Shown: positions 9,701 through 19,000 of the stretch, piece by piece
Layout of the letters: each line of letters opens with the position of its first letter
How positions within the stretch are numbered: the stretch's first letter is position 1
From: a virus
Length of the DNA: 64,000 nucleotides
Virus record (IMG/VR): IMGVR_UViG_3300010297_000002
Coordinates: 1 to 64,000 of that record
Reading direction: 5' to 3' (one strand)
Made by a program: the position numbers and the translations under genes
Notes under the pieces: generated by a model
The model's input: the letters and a program-made list of their open reading frames with translations, nothing else
Databases searched by the model: none
What the model was told of the DNA's origin: nothing

Positions 9701-12002
9701 TTCTCATACTCAAACCTCAGGATTCTATTATCGAGATCGACTAAGCTTGGCAGCCGATTTCGACCACACAATAATCGTTGACCCTTTTGATGAAGGGACT
9801 CAGCTTCCTACCACAGTCACGGTCTCAGGAAATCAGATTTTAACCTCAGACACTTCTTTGATGGAGACTGTTGGGGTTTATGTTTTAGTGGCTGGTCAGT
9901 ATAATCGAGTAGTCGGGTGGTCCTCTAACGTATCCGTAACATTTGAAGATGCTTGGGCAGTTACTGGAACTCAGAATGCGTCAGTGGTTGAGAGTTACCA
10001 TGTGATTGATCTGACTCTTAACAACTCCACAGAGACGGCCAAGTACCTGGACGTTTATACTGTTCATAGTATGAAATCTAATTACATTGAGGCAAACAAG
10101 ATCGCTTTGGGGTTCACGACAGAGTTCGTGGATACTACCAATGTAGTTATTCGGGATAACTTCAGGATTTTTATACCGATCTCCGGGGATCAGAACCTGA
10201 TTAACAATAATATTCCGAATAATTCTACAGTTATTCTTGATGTTACTTTCCGAAAGGACTTCACGGTTCCCTGGGAGAAGAAGCCATTTATCTCTGTATC
10301 CAGTATTGTGGACTCCGCCGGAACTAATCTGGTAGAGAATCTAAACTACTCTACGTACAATAATTCAGTGGCTCTAATGGAACGAGGCTCCTTAATCGAG
10401 GACTCAGGTTTAAACATCTTCACTTCTCCGAGCCCGGAAGTTTTAGAGTTCGAGTTTGATTCAGACGATGCCGAGAATGCCCGCATCGTAGAGTTAGATG
10501 ATTGCTGGTTCACTTCGGCTCCTTACCTGGATGCAGTTTCGGCTTCAGATAAGTTCTACCTATCGCAGGACAGTTCATCTCCTTTTACCGTGGTGATTAA
10601 GGGCGGTTACTTTTACATAAACATCGCTCGGCCTTTAGATCAGGTTATCGCCACAGTAGGTTCGAGCTATATCGTTGAGGATGATAGTTACACCGTTTTC
10701 TACGGTCCAGATTACTCTCTTTCAAAGGTTATTCGAGCCAGCTATAATACGGATATTTTTATAGACGAGATCAAGTACGCTTACTACCCGATCGTTGAGT
10801 TTGAATCCCCAGACACTCCTCTCTCCCAGGTGGAGCATGGTAGTTCGTTTACAACGGCCCATTACAACCTTTATAAGACTAATGACAAAGGCGTGATGAT
10901 TCGTCTTCTGGATACGAATTTCGATACGATAGGTTCATCCTCCGCGACTTTGAAGGTTACTTACTACAATAACCTTCCTATTGCAGAAGCCTCCAATTTC
11001 AATACTCCGTCGGCAGCTACCGAAGCCTCGGACTACAATGTGACTTTGGTTTTGGATGAGTCTTATACTCTTTCAAAGAGAGGAATCGATGTTTCTTCCA
11101 TCGTGGTACGTCCGACGAATGAACTAGAGGTGGATCTCGAGCCCTATGTGATCGTTCAGGATTATTTACTTAGGGAAGTTGATGATCGTGTTGAAATCTC
11201 AAAAACTCCGAATGGTAACATTGGGCCCGGTCAGTCTGTGGATATCGAATATTATTACTCGAATGAGGTCTCAGCCACCTTTAACTACGATCTGCAGGTC
11301 AATCAGATCAGCTCTGATCTGGAGCTTTTCGCCCATGCGGGTTCGAATTACTTAGTGAAGAAACTTCAACCGCTTCTGGTCAATATCAAAGCGATCATCT
11401 TCTTGTACAACATTAACAATCAGAATTCGATTGATTCTCAAATTCGAAGAGATATCGTAACTTATGTAGATCGTTTAGAGGTTGGTGATGATTTGTTTGA
11501 ATCAGACATTATCGGGCTCATTGAAAACGTTTCTGGAGTCCGTAACGTAAGAGTTAAGCTCGCGGGACTTTCTATCGAAGAAGGTGAAGTTTCTTACGTA
11601 GAGACTATTCCCAGAGATAGATTCAGCCTGTTTGAGTCAGGACCGGTAGATGTCTACTACTCACCAGCCACTTCTATCGATTCCCAAGGTAATACAGTTT
11701 CTCTTTTGAATAATATTCCTTTAGATGGAGGCGGTACTCCAGATAAGGAGAGATCAGTCTACATTGACGGGGCGTACTACGAATTGGCTAGCTCTCCTTA
11801 CGAGGTTAGTCAGAGAAGGGGATTGGCTTATATATCCTCTTCTGGTAGCGTCTATGTCTCGTTCATCGATCCTACTAAGGATGATGTCATCATCGAGGTC
11901 ACTTATCAGGTTGCTTCTAGTTCGGTTGCGGCGGATATCACGGTATTCCCTTTCCAGTTCATTCAGATTAATCGAATGGAATTTACCTACGTAGAGGCTT
12001 AA
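6780..12002 (+). CDS. Large baseplate J-like wedge protein (1740 aa)
   Basis: Baseplate J hallmarks: DLKPGSVVRTVFINP, LDLLANNFGVLR-like segment followed by ASGEVTF, NSEATYGGTD, GTVNGY, VDVYVKG, LEVGDDLFESDIIGLIENVSGV. Confidence 0.8.
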   Translation: MTNLRRPLIVEPFSPETENATSLNFATNLNTVEIVAKISVDTMQVRLVLPSTVASEPLNITSTVEWFKLDGTTLVPAPFGPDTGEVNFPLQEEFYIKFDLALVSNSLNVATLRVHDGNYDYDQAANVPPNDSITTEEVVLQINQNSSAFLGVSVAPPTVLFTDYKTDTVRVNWEDVNNVDARPLGSGYKIYYTMEQTNRTGSYKLVNDDPISSFSLGDVDKTILSDTITRSVGREEVDQEGTGTTSEFTFAEEPAYVDEYYLRNVVDGLTPSSTFTATLAGSTASFAGTSVLEKVGAKAESNGQINTVVSWVAGVSVTFADPWVVTGSQTVNVVGGRLKELSEIAVRDAAQSDLNTANMALINFQHQPTFATSVSLGSDTVDFSVLSLSTELFQSVGLVVQFTDGSNIQNLSVVSWIEDVSVSFSGTFAFNHNQMDPLPSVFSQDDCEAYIKYLDERLLDPSGFGLTALDIQQMTFDANVVVNKYKGLTQFYTYQGVDEVVSRHIETASIVVTNYPQFLGSYTYNVVDSVFEVDLYYTLRQSIQGTSPNFSPYYFYYVKTYITPAELDDNEGLYLTQQAFEVFPIYNETFFREITTEVETITRKDELTRLLRLDVTSDDLTSPDVLSTDLLIFFQISFLHKDTARRLLVESAVSKETFASILDSDLTETRPETPTEVDIQKTVIEAISSVEPDLDLKPGSVVRTVFINPFSTAVENLSYREYFREISQSFVTLLEFDEVDSNGDSLAVESSENKLRLRDAYGLDNSTASNQLIQDFIDSKFDLLANNFGVLRTTGTTASGEVTFSLSSLPDDNALIAPLGTVVSTISPAVEFSTLIEIRKSDFTTVKNADGFFTANAFIQSLEPGAINLVPANSISIVNGATVGDLRVTNSEATYGGTDVQNNLELVETVRKKILSVDTGTVNGYLQKMAEMGTVERARIVKSGNEFMRRDFDFSLNRKGYNAVDVYVKGLYPTSHTQTSGFYYRDRLSLAADFDHTIIVDPFDEGTQLPTTVTVSGNQILTSDTSLMETVGVYVLVAGQYNRVVGWSSNVSVTFEDAWAVTGTQNASVVESYHVIDLTLNNSTETAKYLDVYTVHSMKSNYIEANKIALGFTTEFVDTTNVVIRDNFRIFIPISGDQNLINNNIPNNSTVILDVTFRKDFTVPWEKKPFISVSSIVDSAGTNLVENLNYSTYNNSVALMERGSLIEDSGLNIFTSPSPEVLEFEFDSDDAENARIVELDDCWFTSAPYLDAVSASDKFYLSQDSSSPFTVVIKGGYFYINIARPLDQVIATVGSSYIVEDDSYTVFYGPDYSLSKVIRASYNTDIFIDEIKYAYYPIVEFESPDTPLSQVEHGSSFTTAHYNLYKTNDKGVMIRLLDTNFDTIGSSSATLKVTYYNNLPIAEASNFNTPSAATEASDYNVTLVLDESYTLSKRGIDVSSIVVRPTNELEVDLEPYVIVQDYLLREVDDRVEISKTPNGNIGPGQSVDIEYYYSNEVSATFNYDLQVNQISSDLELFAHAGSNYLVKKLQPLLVNIKAIIFLYNINNQNSIDSQIRRDIVTYVDRLEVGDDLFESDIIGLIENVSGVRNVRVKLAGLSIEEGEVSYVETIPRDRFSLFESGPVDVYYSPATSIDSQGNTVSLLNNIPLDGGGTPDKERSVYIDGAYYELASSPYEVSQRRGLAYISSSGSVYVSFIDPTKDDVIIEVTYQVASSSVAADITVFPFQFIQINRMEFTYVEA

Positions 12003-13192
12003 TGGCGGATCTATCCTTACTCGATAAGTTATTTTCATACGAGGAACTTCTAGATGCTGAGAAAGTCTGGAGGGATTTCTTCAAGTCCCAGTTATCTTCT
12101 TTGTACGATGATAATGTAATACATTCCACGCAGTACTCGATCATCATTCGGGCCTTTTCCAGGATTTTAGGTGGATTAGATCTTCTGTTTGAACGATCTT
12201 ACGAGAATATGTCCTTAGAGGATGTTCTTACTGATTTTCTTTACACCAATTTTGGGTTTCTTTTAGAAGAGCGGCCTAACGATTTCTCCCGTGAGGAGTA
12301 CCGGACTTTTCTAGTTAATCTGGTGGATATTCTTTTTAAGGGTCTTACAATCTCCGTAGCCAAGAATGATGTTGCGGCTCAGTTTGATTCCACCAGTATC
12401 GCAGTGGAGTTTGCTCAAAAGTTGAGAAACACTTCTCTTGGTGTGTCTGGTATGGATCAGGAAAATTCAAATCTGGATGTGGATGTCCCTACTTTAGGTC
12501 TGATCTTAGATGGGGATTCAGAGGCGGCTTTTTTCCAGTCTTCTAAAGAGAACAATGATGTTTATGTTGTTTCTCGGTTAGGGGAAGATTCCTCTTTCCA
12601 CGCTACCGAGCTTTCCATGGTGGCCGGTATCGTAGACCTGCTGAGCTCTGCAATCGCTCCTCCCCAGGTTCGTCTCGTGGTTAATTCGCAGGTGAGTTCT
12701 TTCAACACAGATACTTCCGATCCTCTGTCTCCTTACGTCGGATCGCAGACGGAGTTATTGGAGACCTTCCAGTCAATCACCAATTTCCAGATTATTGACA
12801 CTCATATCCGTTATGTTCCTGAATTTGTGGTTAAGTTGGATACGGAATATGTGGTTCCAGGAGACACCTACGATACTTCCAGAATAAATGAGCCCACAAT
12901 CACAATCTCACCTGAATACGTGTTCTTAGTGGATGACTTCTATAATGTAACCACAGTTACAGCCGAGAATCCTCCAAGGGTGGACGAAACCGCGAGTGTT
13001 GTGCCAGTATGTGCTTATTATGGTTCAATCACCTATGGAAGCTTCTACTACGAGTGTGCAGGGCCCTTTTCACAGTACACTTCACCGTTCTCTTTCGGCA
13101 CGATGACTTTCGGTGAGTTTTTGGGGGAACTGGTTCAGCCTCAGTCTGTGGTTTCCGACGAGTTGGAAATCGGAAACTTCATCATTGCTTAG
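12002..13192 (+). CDS. Baseplate wedge subunit (gpI/gp7-like)
   Basis: Follows baseplate J. LYTNFGFLLE...EEYRTFL...LFKG pattern. Confidence 0.55.
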   Translation: MADLSLLDKLFSYEELLDAEKVWRDFFKSQLSSLYDDNVIHSTQYSIIIRAFSRILGGLDLLFERSYENMSLEDVLTDFLYTNFGFLLEERPNDFSREEYRTFLVNLVDILFKGLTISVAKNDVAAQFDSTSIAVEFAQKLRNTSLGVSGMDQENSNLDVDVPTLGLILDGDSEAAFFQSSKENNDVYVVSRLGEDSSFHATELSMVAGIVDLLSSAIAPPQVRLVVNSQVSSFNTDTSDPLSPYVGSQTELLETFQSITNFQIIDTHIRYVPEFVVKLDTEYVVPGDTYDTSRINEPTITISPEYVFLVDDFYNVTTVTAENPPRVDETASVVPVCAYYGSITYGSFYYECAGPFSQYTSPFSFGTMTFGEFLGELVQPQSVVSDELEIGNFIIA

Positions 13193-13641
13193 GTGTAGTT
13201 AATTCTCCAAAGAACGGTAATCTTAGTGGTTGCGTTCTTGGTGATCTTAGGATCGAGTACGATCCTGGCCACCATCCGCTCATCTTCTGTCAAGAGTGCG
13301 AACTCGCCGATATCATTACCATTGGCCTCGGTTTCTAGAAGATCGAGTTGATACTGAGAGGTGAAAAGGTCAGTTTTCAGTTTATTGGTTAAGGCTTTAA
13401 CCGTCCCACCAATAGTAGCGTTGAGGTCTGTTAGAACTCCGTTAGTAGGCGTTCCTGGGTCAGGATTATTATCAGTTCCTGCTTTGTACTTACTAATGAC
13501 AGAGTTTGCGTCTCCGGCCACCATCCCGGCTAAGGAATTAGGGAAAATCGGAGACAGGGTGTTATTTAATTCTATCCTCTCAACGAGGTCTCCAGAATTA
13601 AAAATAAGTACTGTTGCTCTTCCGTAATGATTCTTAGACAT
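13189..13641 (-). CDS. Tail-fibre attachment / collar-type protein (DUF3751-like)
   Basis: KAGT...EANGNDIGEFALLT...MVAR...ITK...ITVLWRI pattern. GAGGA RBS on the minus strand. Confidence 0.6.
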   Translation of the reverse strand: MSKNHYGRATVLIFNSGDLVERIELNNTLSPIFPNSLAGMVAGDANSVISKYKAGTDNNPDPGTPTNGVLTDLNATIGGTVKALTNKLKTDLFTSQYQLDLLETEANGNDIGEFALLTEDERMVARIVLDPKITKNATTKITVLWRINYT

Positions 13642-13650
13642 TCTATCCTC

Positions 13651-14127
13651 TTAGGTAAATTCGAGGTCCCATTCTACACCGAACTGAGTCAAATCTGTAT
13701 ACGTAATATTGGGGATTATGAGAATTCTGCTCACCATTTTATTGTTTGAGGTGAAGAGGCCCATCTCCTTATATGTACCTTGGGGACCTTCTTGAGGAAG
13801 CATCTCTAATTGGACTCTGGCTATATTGTTCGCGGTTATGAACTGGATTCCGGTGATGTTCTTTTGGAACACGGGATTAGCTAGATCTCCTTGGTTATGT
13901 CCGGGAGGTGGGGTATCGAGAGTTCCGACTTTGAAATACGCTATATCAAAGTTAGAGTCTTCAACTCCAATACCAGCCAAAGCTTCTTTCATCTTGAAGG
14001 TAATTAGATTTTCTTTTCTGATGACCTGGATAAGCTTTCCGTTTTCGTAGACTTTTATCTTAGGATATCCTCGACAAGATTTGATGAAATATTCCTCATC
14101 AAAAGTGTTTTTAATCGGTGAACTCAT
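13651..14127 (-). CDS. Tail-fibre attachment / collar-type protein (DUF3751-like), paralog
   Basis: NLIT...YFKVGT...YKEMGLF...MVSR...VEWDLEF pattern. Confidence 0.6.
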   Translation of the reverse strand: MSSPIKNTFDEEYFIKSCRGYPKIKVYENGKLIQVIRKENLITFKMKEALAGIGVEDSNFDIAYFKVGTLDTPPPGHNQGDLANPVFQKNITGIQFITANNIARVQLEMLPQEGPQGTYKEMGLFTSNNKMVSRILIIPNITYTDLTQFGVEWDLEFT

Positions 14128-14266
14128 TCTTTACTCGCTGCAATTATCTTTTAATTTTCCTGGTTATAGTGAGCTGATTCTCTCTAAAAAATAGAAATTA
14201 AATCGGCTTACTATTATAATAGCAAAATTAAGCAAAAACTATTTATTTTGCTGGGAAGAATGAACT
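14128..14266. promoter_or_regulatory. Divergent AT-rich promoter region with palindromic -10 (CTATTATAATAG, 14211-14222)
   Basis: Only divergent intergenic region in the window. TATAAT is present on both strands. AGCAAAA direct and inverted repeats at 14221-14252. Confidence 0.5.
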
Positions 14267-15469
14267 ATGCCTACGTTTAAAGGAAACATTACAGAGATAA
14301 ATTGGCTCATCCAAGGAGAAACCGGTTCCGGTAACACTCTCGCGGATACCAGTCCAAGTTACCCTAATGGAAATCTCAATAGACCTCTGGTAGAGCTTTG
14401 GGAGAATACAGTAAACCTCGACGATAGAGTTACTGTTCTTGAAGGGATATCCGGTGGTAGTATCTCGACCGACTTCGTTCAGTCTGGAACTTCTACGATA
14501 TCTACGACTAGCACTCCTGAGACATATATTGTTTTCGGGAGCAACCTGAGTCAGATTAATCAGCCTCTGGCTTCGGCCATCTCAAGCGTAAGTGCTAATG
14601 TTAACTCTACTATCAGTTCAGCTATAGCCAGCGAAACAGCAAACATCACTCCCACAGCCACTACTTCGAAGTATAACGCTTTACTGGGGACAGACTCATG
14701 TTCGATTACAGTGACGGGTACAGAGTGTTGGGCGAATGTTGTCGCAGCGAGTTCGGACACGGTATTGGGCGGTAACGATGTTACCCAAACTTTTGTGGCT
14801 GGTGCGGACAATTGTATAGTTAATGCTTCGAATCATGCCGTTCTTTTGGCCTCCCAGAGAGTCCAACTCGACGGCCTGGATCATGTTGTGGCCGGAGGTT
14901 ACGCATCTTCTGGATCAGCGTTATCATCCAATCGGAAATGGCAACTGAACAGTAAGACAGGTGATATTCTAGCTTCTGGTGTGATTACGGGTAGTAGTTC
15001 TTTTTCCGATTTTGCGGAGTACTTCGAATCCGGTAGTGGTGAGGCTATCCCGACAGGGTTCATAGTAGCTCTCGATGGAGAGAACATTCGTAAGGCGAAT
15101 TCAGCGGATACGGACCTTCTCGGGGTTATTTCAGAAACACCAGCTATGGTTCTAGGATCTCAGGAATTCGTATGGCAAGGACGTACTCTACGAAATGAGT
15201 TCGGGGGACTAACTAATGAAGAGAACCCCGATTATGATGGGAGTATCCCGTATAAGCCTCGTAAAGAAAGACCCGAGTGGAACATCGTAGGACTGCTTGG
15301 TCAGATATACGTTCGTTGTGATGAAACAGTTAAGCCTGGGGATTATATCTGGGCTAATGATTATGGAATAGCCACTGCTGCAGCTTCAGGGTCTTGGAGG
15401 GTCATGAAGATGACTACTCCTTATGACGAGGCAAAAGGTTATGGAGTAGCTCTGGTCTTTGTTCGTTGA
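14267..15469 (+). CDS. Tail fibre/appendage with C-terminal peptidase G2 intramolecular-chaperone autocleavage domain
   Basis: SDFAEYFES...LLGVIS...YKPRKERPEWNIVGLLGQIYVRCDETVKPGDYI matches Peptidase_G2 (phi29-like pre-neck appendage type). N-terminal LNRPLVELWENT fibre anchor. Confidence 0.8.
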   Translation: MPTFKGNITEINWLIQGETGSGNTLADTSPSYPNGNLNRPLVELWENTVNLDDRVTVLEGISGGSISTDFVQSGTSTISTTSTPETYIVFGSNLSQINQPLASAISSVSANVNSTISSAIASETANITPTATTSKYNALLGTDSCSITVTGTECWANVVAASSDTVLGGNDVTQTFVAGADNCIVNASNHAVLLASQRVQLDGLDHVVAGGYASSGSALSSNRKWQLNSKTGDILASGVITGSSSFSDFAEYFESGSGEAIPTGFIVALDGENIRKANSADTDLLGVISETPAMVLGSQEFVWQGRTLRNEFGGLTNEENPDYDGSIPYKPRKERPEWNIVGLLGQIYVRCDETVKPGDYIWANDYGIATAAASGSWRVMKMTTPYDEAKGYGVALVFVR

Positions 15470-15476
15470 GGATTTT

Positions 15477-16025
15477 GTGAGTAGTATTAAAGGTTTTACA
15501 TATATTTCAACTGGAGATCCATTTGATCCTGACATGATCAAGGTTCTTGGGCATAATGATTCCGTTCCCCTCGGAGAGAAGAGGGTAATGGCTGCTTTCG
15601 CTAAAGGCGATAAGACAGTATTTTACAAGTACTTAGCCATAGGTTCAGGAAATACTACTGATTTTAAAGATCCTGTAGCTCCTCCTACCAATCAGTACAT
15701 TATCGATAACTATTTCTCCGTCGCAGGGGGTCCCGAGAATAGATTGTTTACAGAGTTTTATCGTGTACCTCTATTCAGGTCGACATTCATCGATTCTTTA
15801 GGGAATCCGACGAATGATATTACCGATGAGATTCTTTTGATTTGGCAAATTCCTAATGACGAGGCTACCGGTGTTTGGAGAGAGTTAGCTATTTTTGGAG
15901 GAACAGCCGACGAGGAATTAAATTCTGGAATCATGGTGCATTATCAAACCATCGCGGATTTCTCCAAGACTCCGTTTGCTTTCGCAGAGAAGCTTTTGAA
16001 TTTCCACTGGGTACTTAAGTTTTAG
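15477..16025 (+). CDS. Tail-fibre attachment / collar-type protein (third DUF3751-like paralog)
   Basis: YLAIGSG...LFTEFYR...EATGVWRELAIFGG...FSK...FHWVLKF. Start reassigned to GTG 15477 downstream of GAGGA. Confidence 0.6.
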   Translation: MSSIKGFTYISTGDPFDPDMIKVLGHNDSVPLGEKRVMAAFAKGDKTVFYKYLAIGSGNTTDFKDPVAPPTNQYIIDNYFSVAGGPENRLFTEFYRVPLFRSTFIDSLGNPTNDITDEILLIWQIPNDEATGVWRELAIFGGTADEELNSGIMVHYQTIADFSKTPFAFAEKLLNFHWVLKF

Positions 16026-16036
16026 GTAGGTCTTAA

Positions 16037-19000
16037 ATGTCGCAAGTAAAAATAGTAGTTACTCCTTATGACAAGGTATCTTTTAAGCCAGTTAAGACCC
16101 TTCTAAGTTCTGAGGTGAATGAGCTTCAGGATATTCGAAAATTGGAGGATATCCGTACTCGTCAATTCGCTTCCGGGGATGGTCCTAACGGGGAAAGTTT
16201 CCGAGTAGGGATAGTTGATGACGAGAACCTGAAGATCAGCCGAGGGTTCTTTGTTCATTTAGGGGAGACTCTCTATCTAGATGACGATGTAGTCCTCCCT
16301 TATGACATCAACCTTATTGATCAGGGAGAGCAGTACCGTGTAGTCTGTCGTTGGAGAGACGTTCCGATTGATTCTAGTCAAGACTCGGCGATTTTAGACA
16401 CCAGGGTGGGTCCGACTTCAGAAAGAGTAGCTAAAGAGCTCACCTTTTGCCTAGAGCGTGCGGATACGCTCTACAGGGTCGAAGAGAATCTGGTTCTTTT
16501 AGCAGATGCCAACTTTACGGGATCAGTCACATCACCGAATCCTTTAACTACCACTGATCTATTGGATCGAAGGTATGATCACTCTCAGCACTATGTTTCA
16601 GGTGGTCTTAATGTTGATGATTTCGACATCGTAGGTACAGACGCTAGGATCGTATTAACTTCAGGTTCTTTGTTCTACCTTCAGGAGTTTGTTCAAGTAC
16701 AGGACACAGCGGATCTGACTTTTTTAGTTCCTCTTCCGTCGGGCACTACAGGAACTTCTGAATCAAGAGTATTGCTCTATTACACAATTGAAGAGACTGC
16801 ACCCGATCAATTTACTGCTATACCAAACTACGTGGCTATGACAGATGAAGCCACTCTCAATGAGATCCCTCTCAGGCTTTATGAGGTAACTCTAACAGCC
16901 TCTGGTGTAGTTCCGGAGAGTATTAATGATGTCCGGGCCTTTGAGCCTGTTCTTCGTAAAGTCACTTCTTCTAGAGGTGCTCAATCGACTCTAGCGGATT
17001 TCTATGCTCTGAAGCCTCGTCCTCAGACAGTTCCTTCTTTGAGGGTGACCATTAATCAAGGGTGGTACTACCTTAAAGGTGAGTATTACTACTTGAGCGA
17101 GCAGTTTCAAGTACATGATCCTGTCTTCACCGCAGGAAATGTACGTAGAGACTCTGTGGTAATAACACCAGATAATGTTTTGACTTTGTATCAAGGAGCA
17201 GAAACATTAGCCACTCCTAATCCTCCGGAGTCTACTTCCATACCGGACGGGTCTTTACGAATTTATGATGTGGTAATCGAACAGCCCACGACCCAGATCG
17301 TTTACCCGGACGACCCCGCCAACATCGCTCCGGGAGAGATCCAAGACCGCCGTCCTATCATTACAGCGTTGGATGCCGCTACTGATATTTCTGTGGACAA
17401 TACCGGATTTTCCGGAGTCGGTAGTGGGGGGCTTTCCAACACTACCGAGAAGAGTCTTCAAGGCTATCTAGAAGAAATAGACGGTAAGTTTGTTTCTGTG
17501 GATAATGATGTGGCTAGTTTAGGGATCGTTCCTCAGGATTCAGCACCAGATATTGTAAATTTTGATGGAACCAGTAAAAGTTTAGAGATTGGCCATGACC
17601 CTTACACGGGGATAAATAATGACAACACCACCAAGGTGGGTATCTCTGTAATCAAAGATCCTTTGAACTCCAACCGTGTTCTGATCCAAAATACTTGGGA
17701 TGAGGACATGAGGTTGATTACCTCCCCGGTAGTCCTGGATTCTAGTTATCATACACATGCAGGCATTGGAGATCTTGAAAAAGGTGCCGAGATTAATTTC
17801 CGAGAAACTTTGATGGATTTCTCTGATCAGAACTTTACCAGAGCTTCTGAGTTTGTTCTCACGGATGCTTCGGCTTCTAAGTTTATTCGGATAGCTGCGG
17901 CAGGCTCTGTTCCAGCTCATTTTGCTTTAAGGCTAGATCCGTCGGGCGGTATTGAATTCGGGGTAGATGGTTACAAGATCGATGCATCTGGGTTTCAAGC
18001 TCAGTTTGATACTACTCGAGCGATTAGGACAGATGCTAATGGTGCCGGGGTTTACATCAATGCGATCACCTCTGGATTAGAGTTCATCGATGATGGAACG
18101 CTTACTAATCACAGTTACCTAGCTCTGAAAATCGCAGATGAGTTTACAATTGTCGGCGGGGCTCTGACTTTGAACCTATCCTCTACTGGTGGCTTGCTTG
18201 TAGACGGTGCTAATGAGCTCAGAGCAAACACCGACTGGCCTATTCACGTTAATGGAACAAATCAGATAGCTTTACGTTACCAGGATGTAGCCCCAACCCC
18301 TACTAATGAGTCTTACTTAGAGGCTCGAGCTGATTCAGGAACACCTTCCGAGTTTTATCTTGGTTTGAAGGTGGCTCCTCTTAGAGGTCTCGGAGCTTTT
18401 AACGATGGGAGCAAGAATTTACTATCCATGCTTATAGAGGCTCCTTTTAGCTTTAGCGGGTCGGGCGGTCTTCAATTGGACTTGAATTCCACTTATTTCA
18501 GTATTAACGGCTCAGATCAATTGGATTTTGATCCTTCTGGATTAGCGGATGGCCAAAGTATCATTGAGAACTTAGGTACTCTCAGTGTGAACGTTGATAC
18601 AAACTATTCTTTGACTATAGATCCTACCAACGGTCTTCGGGTAGTTGTAAACGCTACCGGGGGTCTTGAGGATACCGGATCGGGTCTGCAGGCTAACCTT
18701 GAGCCGACCAACCCTTCACTAGAGATCAAAGGTGGGGGAGAGCTTGGGGCTCGTATAGACGCTGACGGTGGTTTGGAAGTTAATGCAGACGGTATTAGGA
18801 TCGCGGGTTACGCTGATTCTAATTCAGTAGCCAGTGGCTACGTAGCTGGAGGGTCTTACTCCACTTCGGGACCTAACGAGAACCTAAATCCATCGGTAGC
18901 GGTTTATTCCTACAACGATAAGAGTTTCAGCTACTTGGCCGATCCAGCCGATCCTGGTTACATCTACGGAGTGCTCTTCGGGATTGATACAAAGGCTTAC

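Noticed and set aside
13189-14127. Invertase-driven tail-fibre shufflon
   Set aside because: No recombinase gene and no convincing flanking inverted repeats seen.
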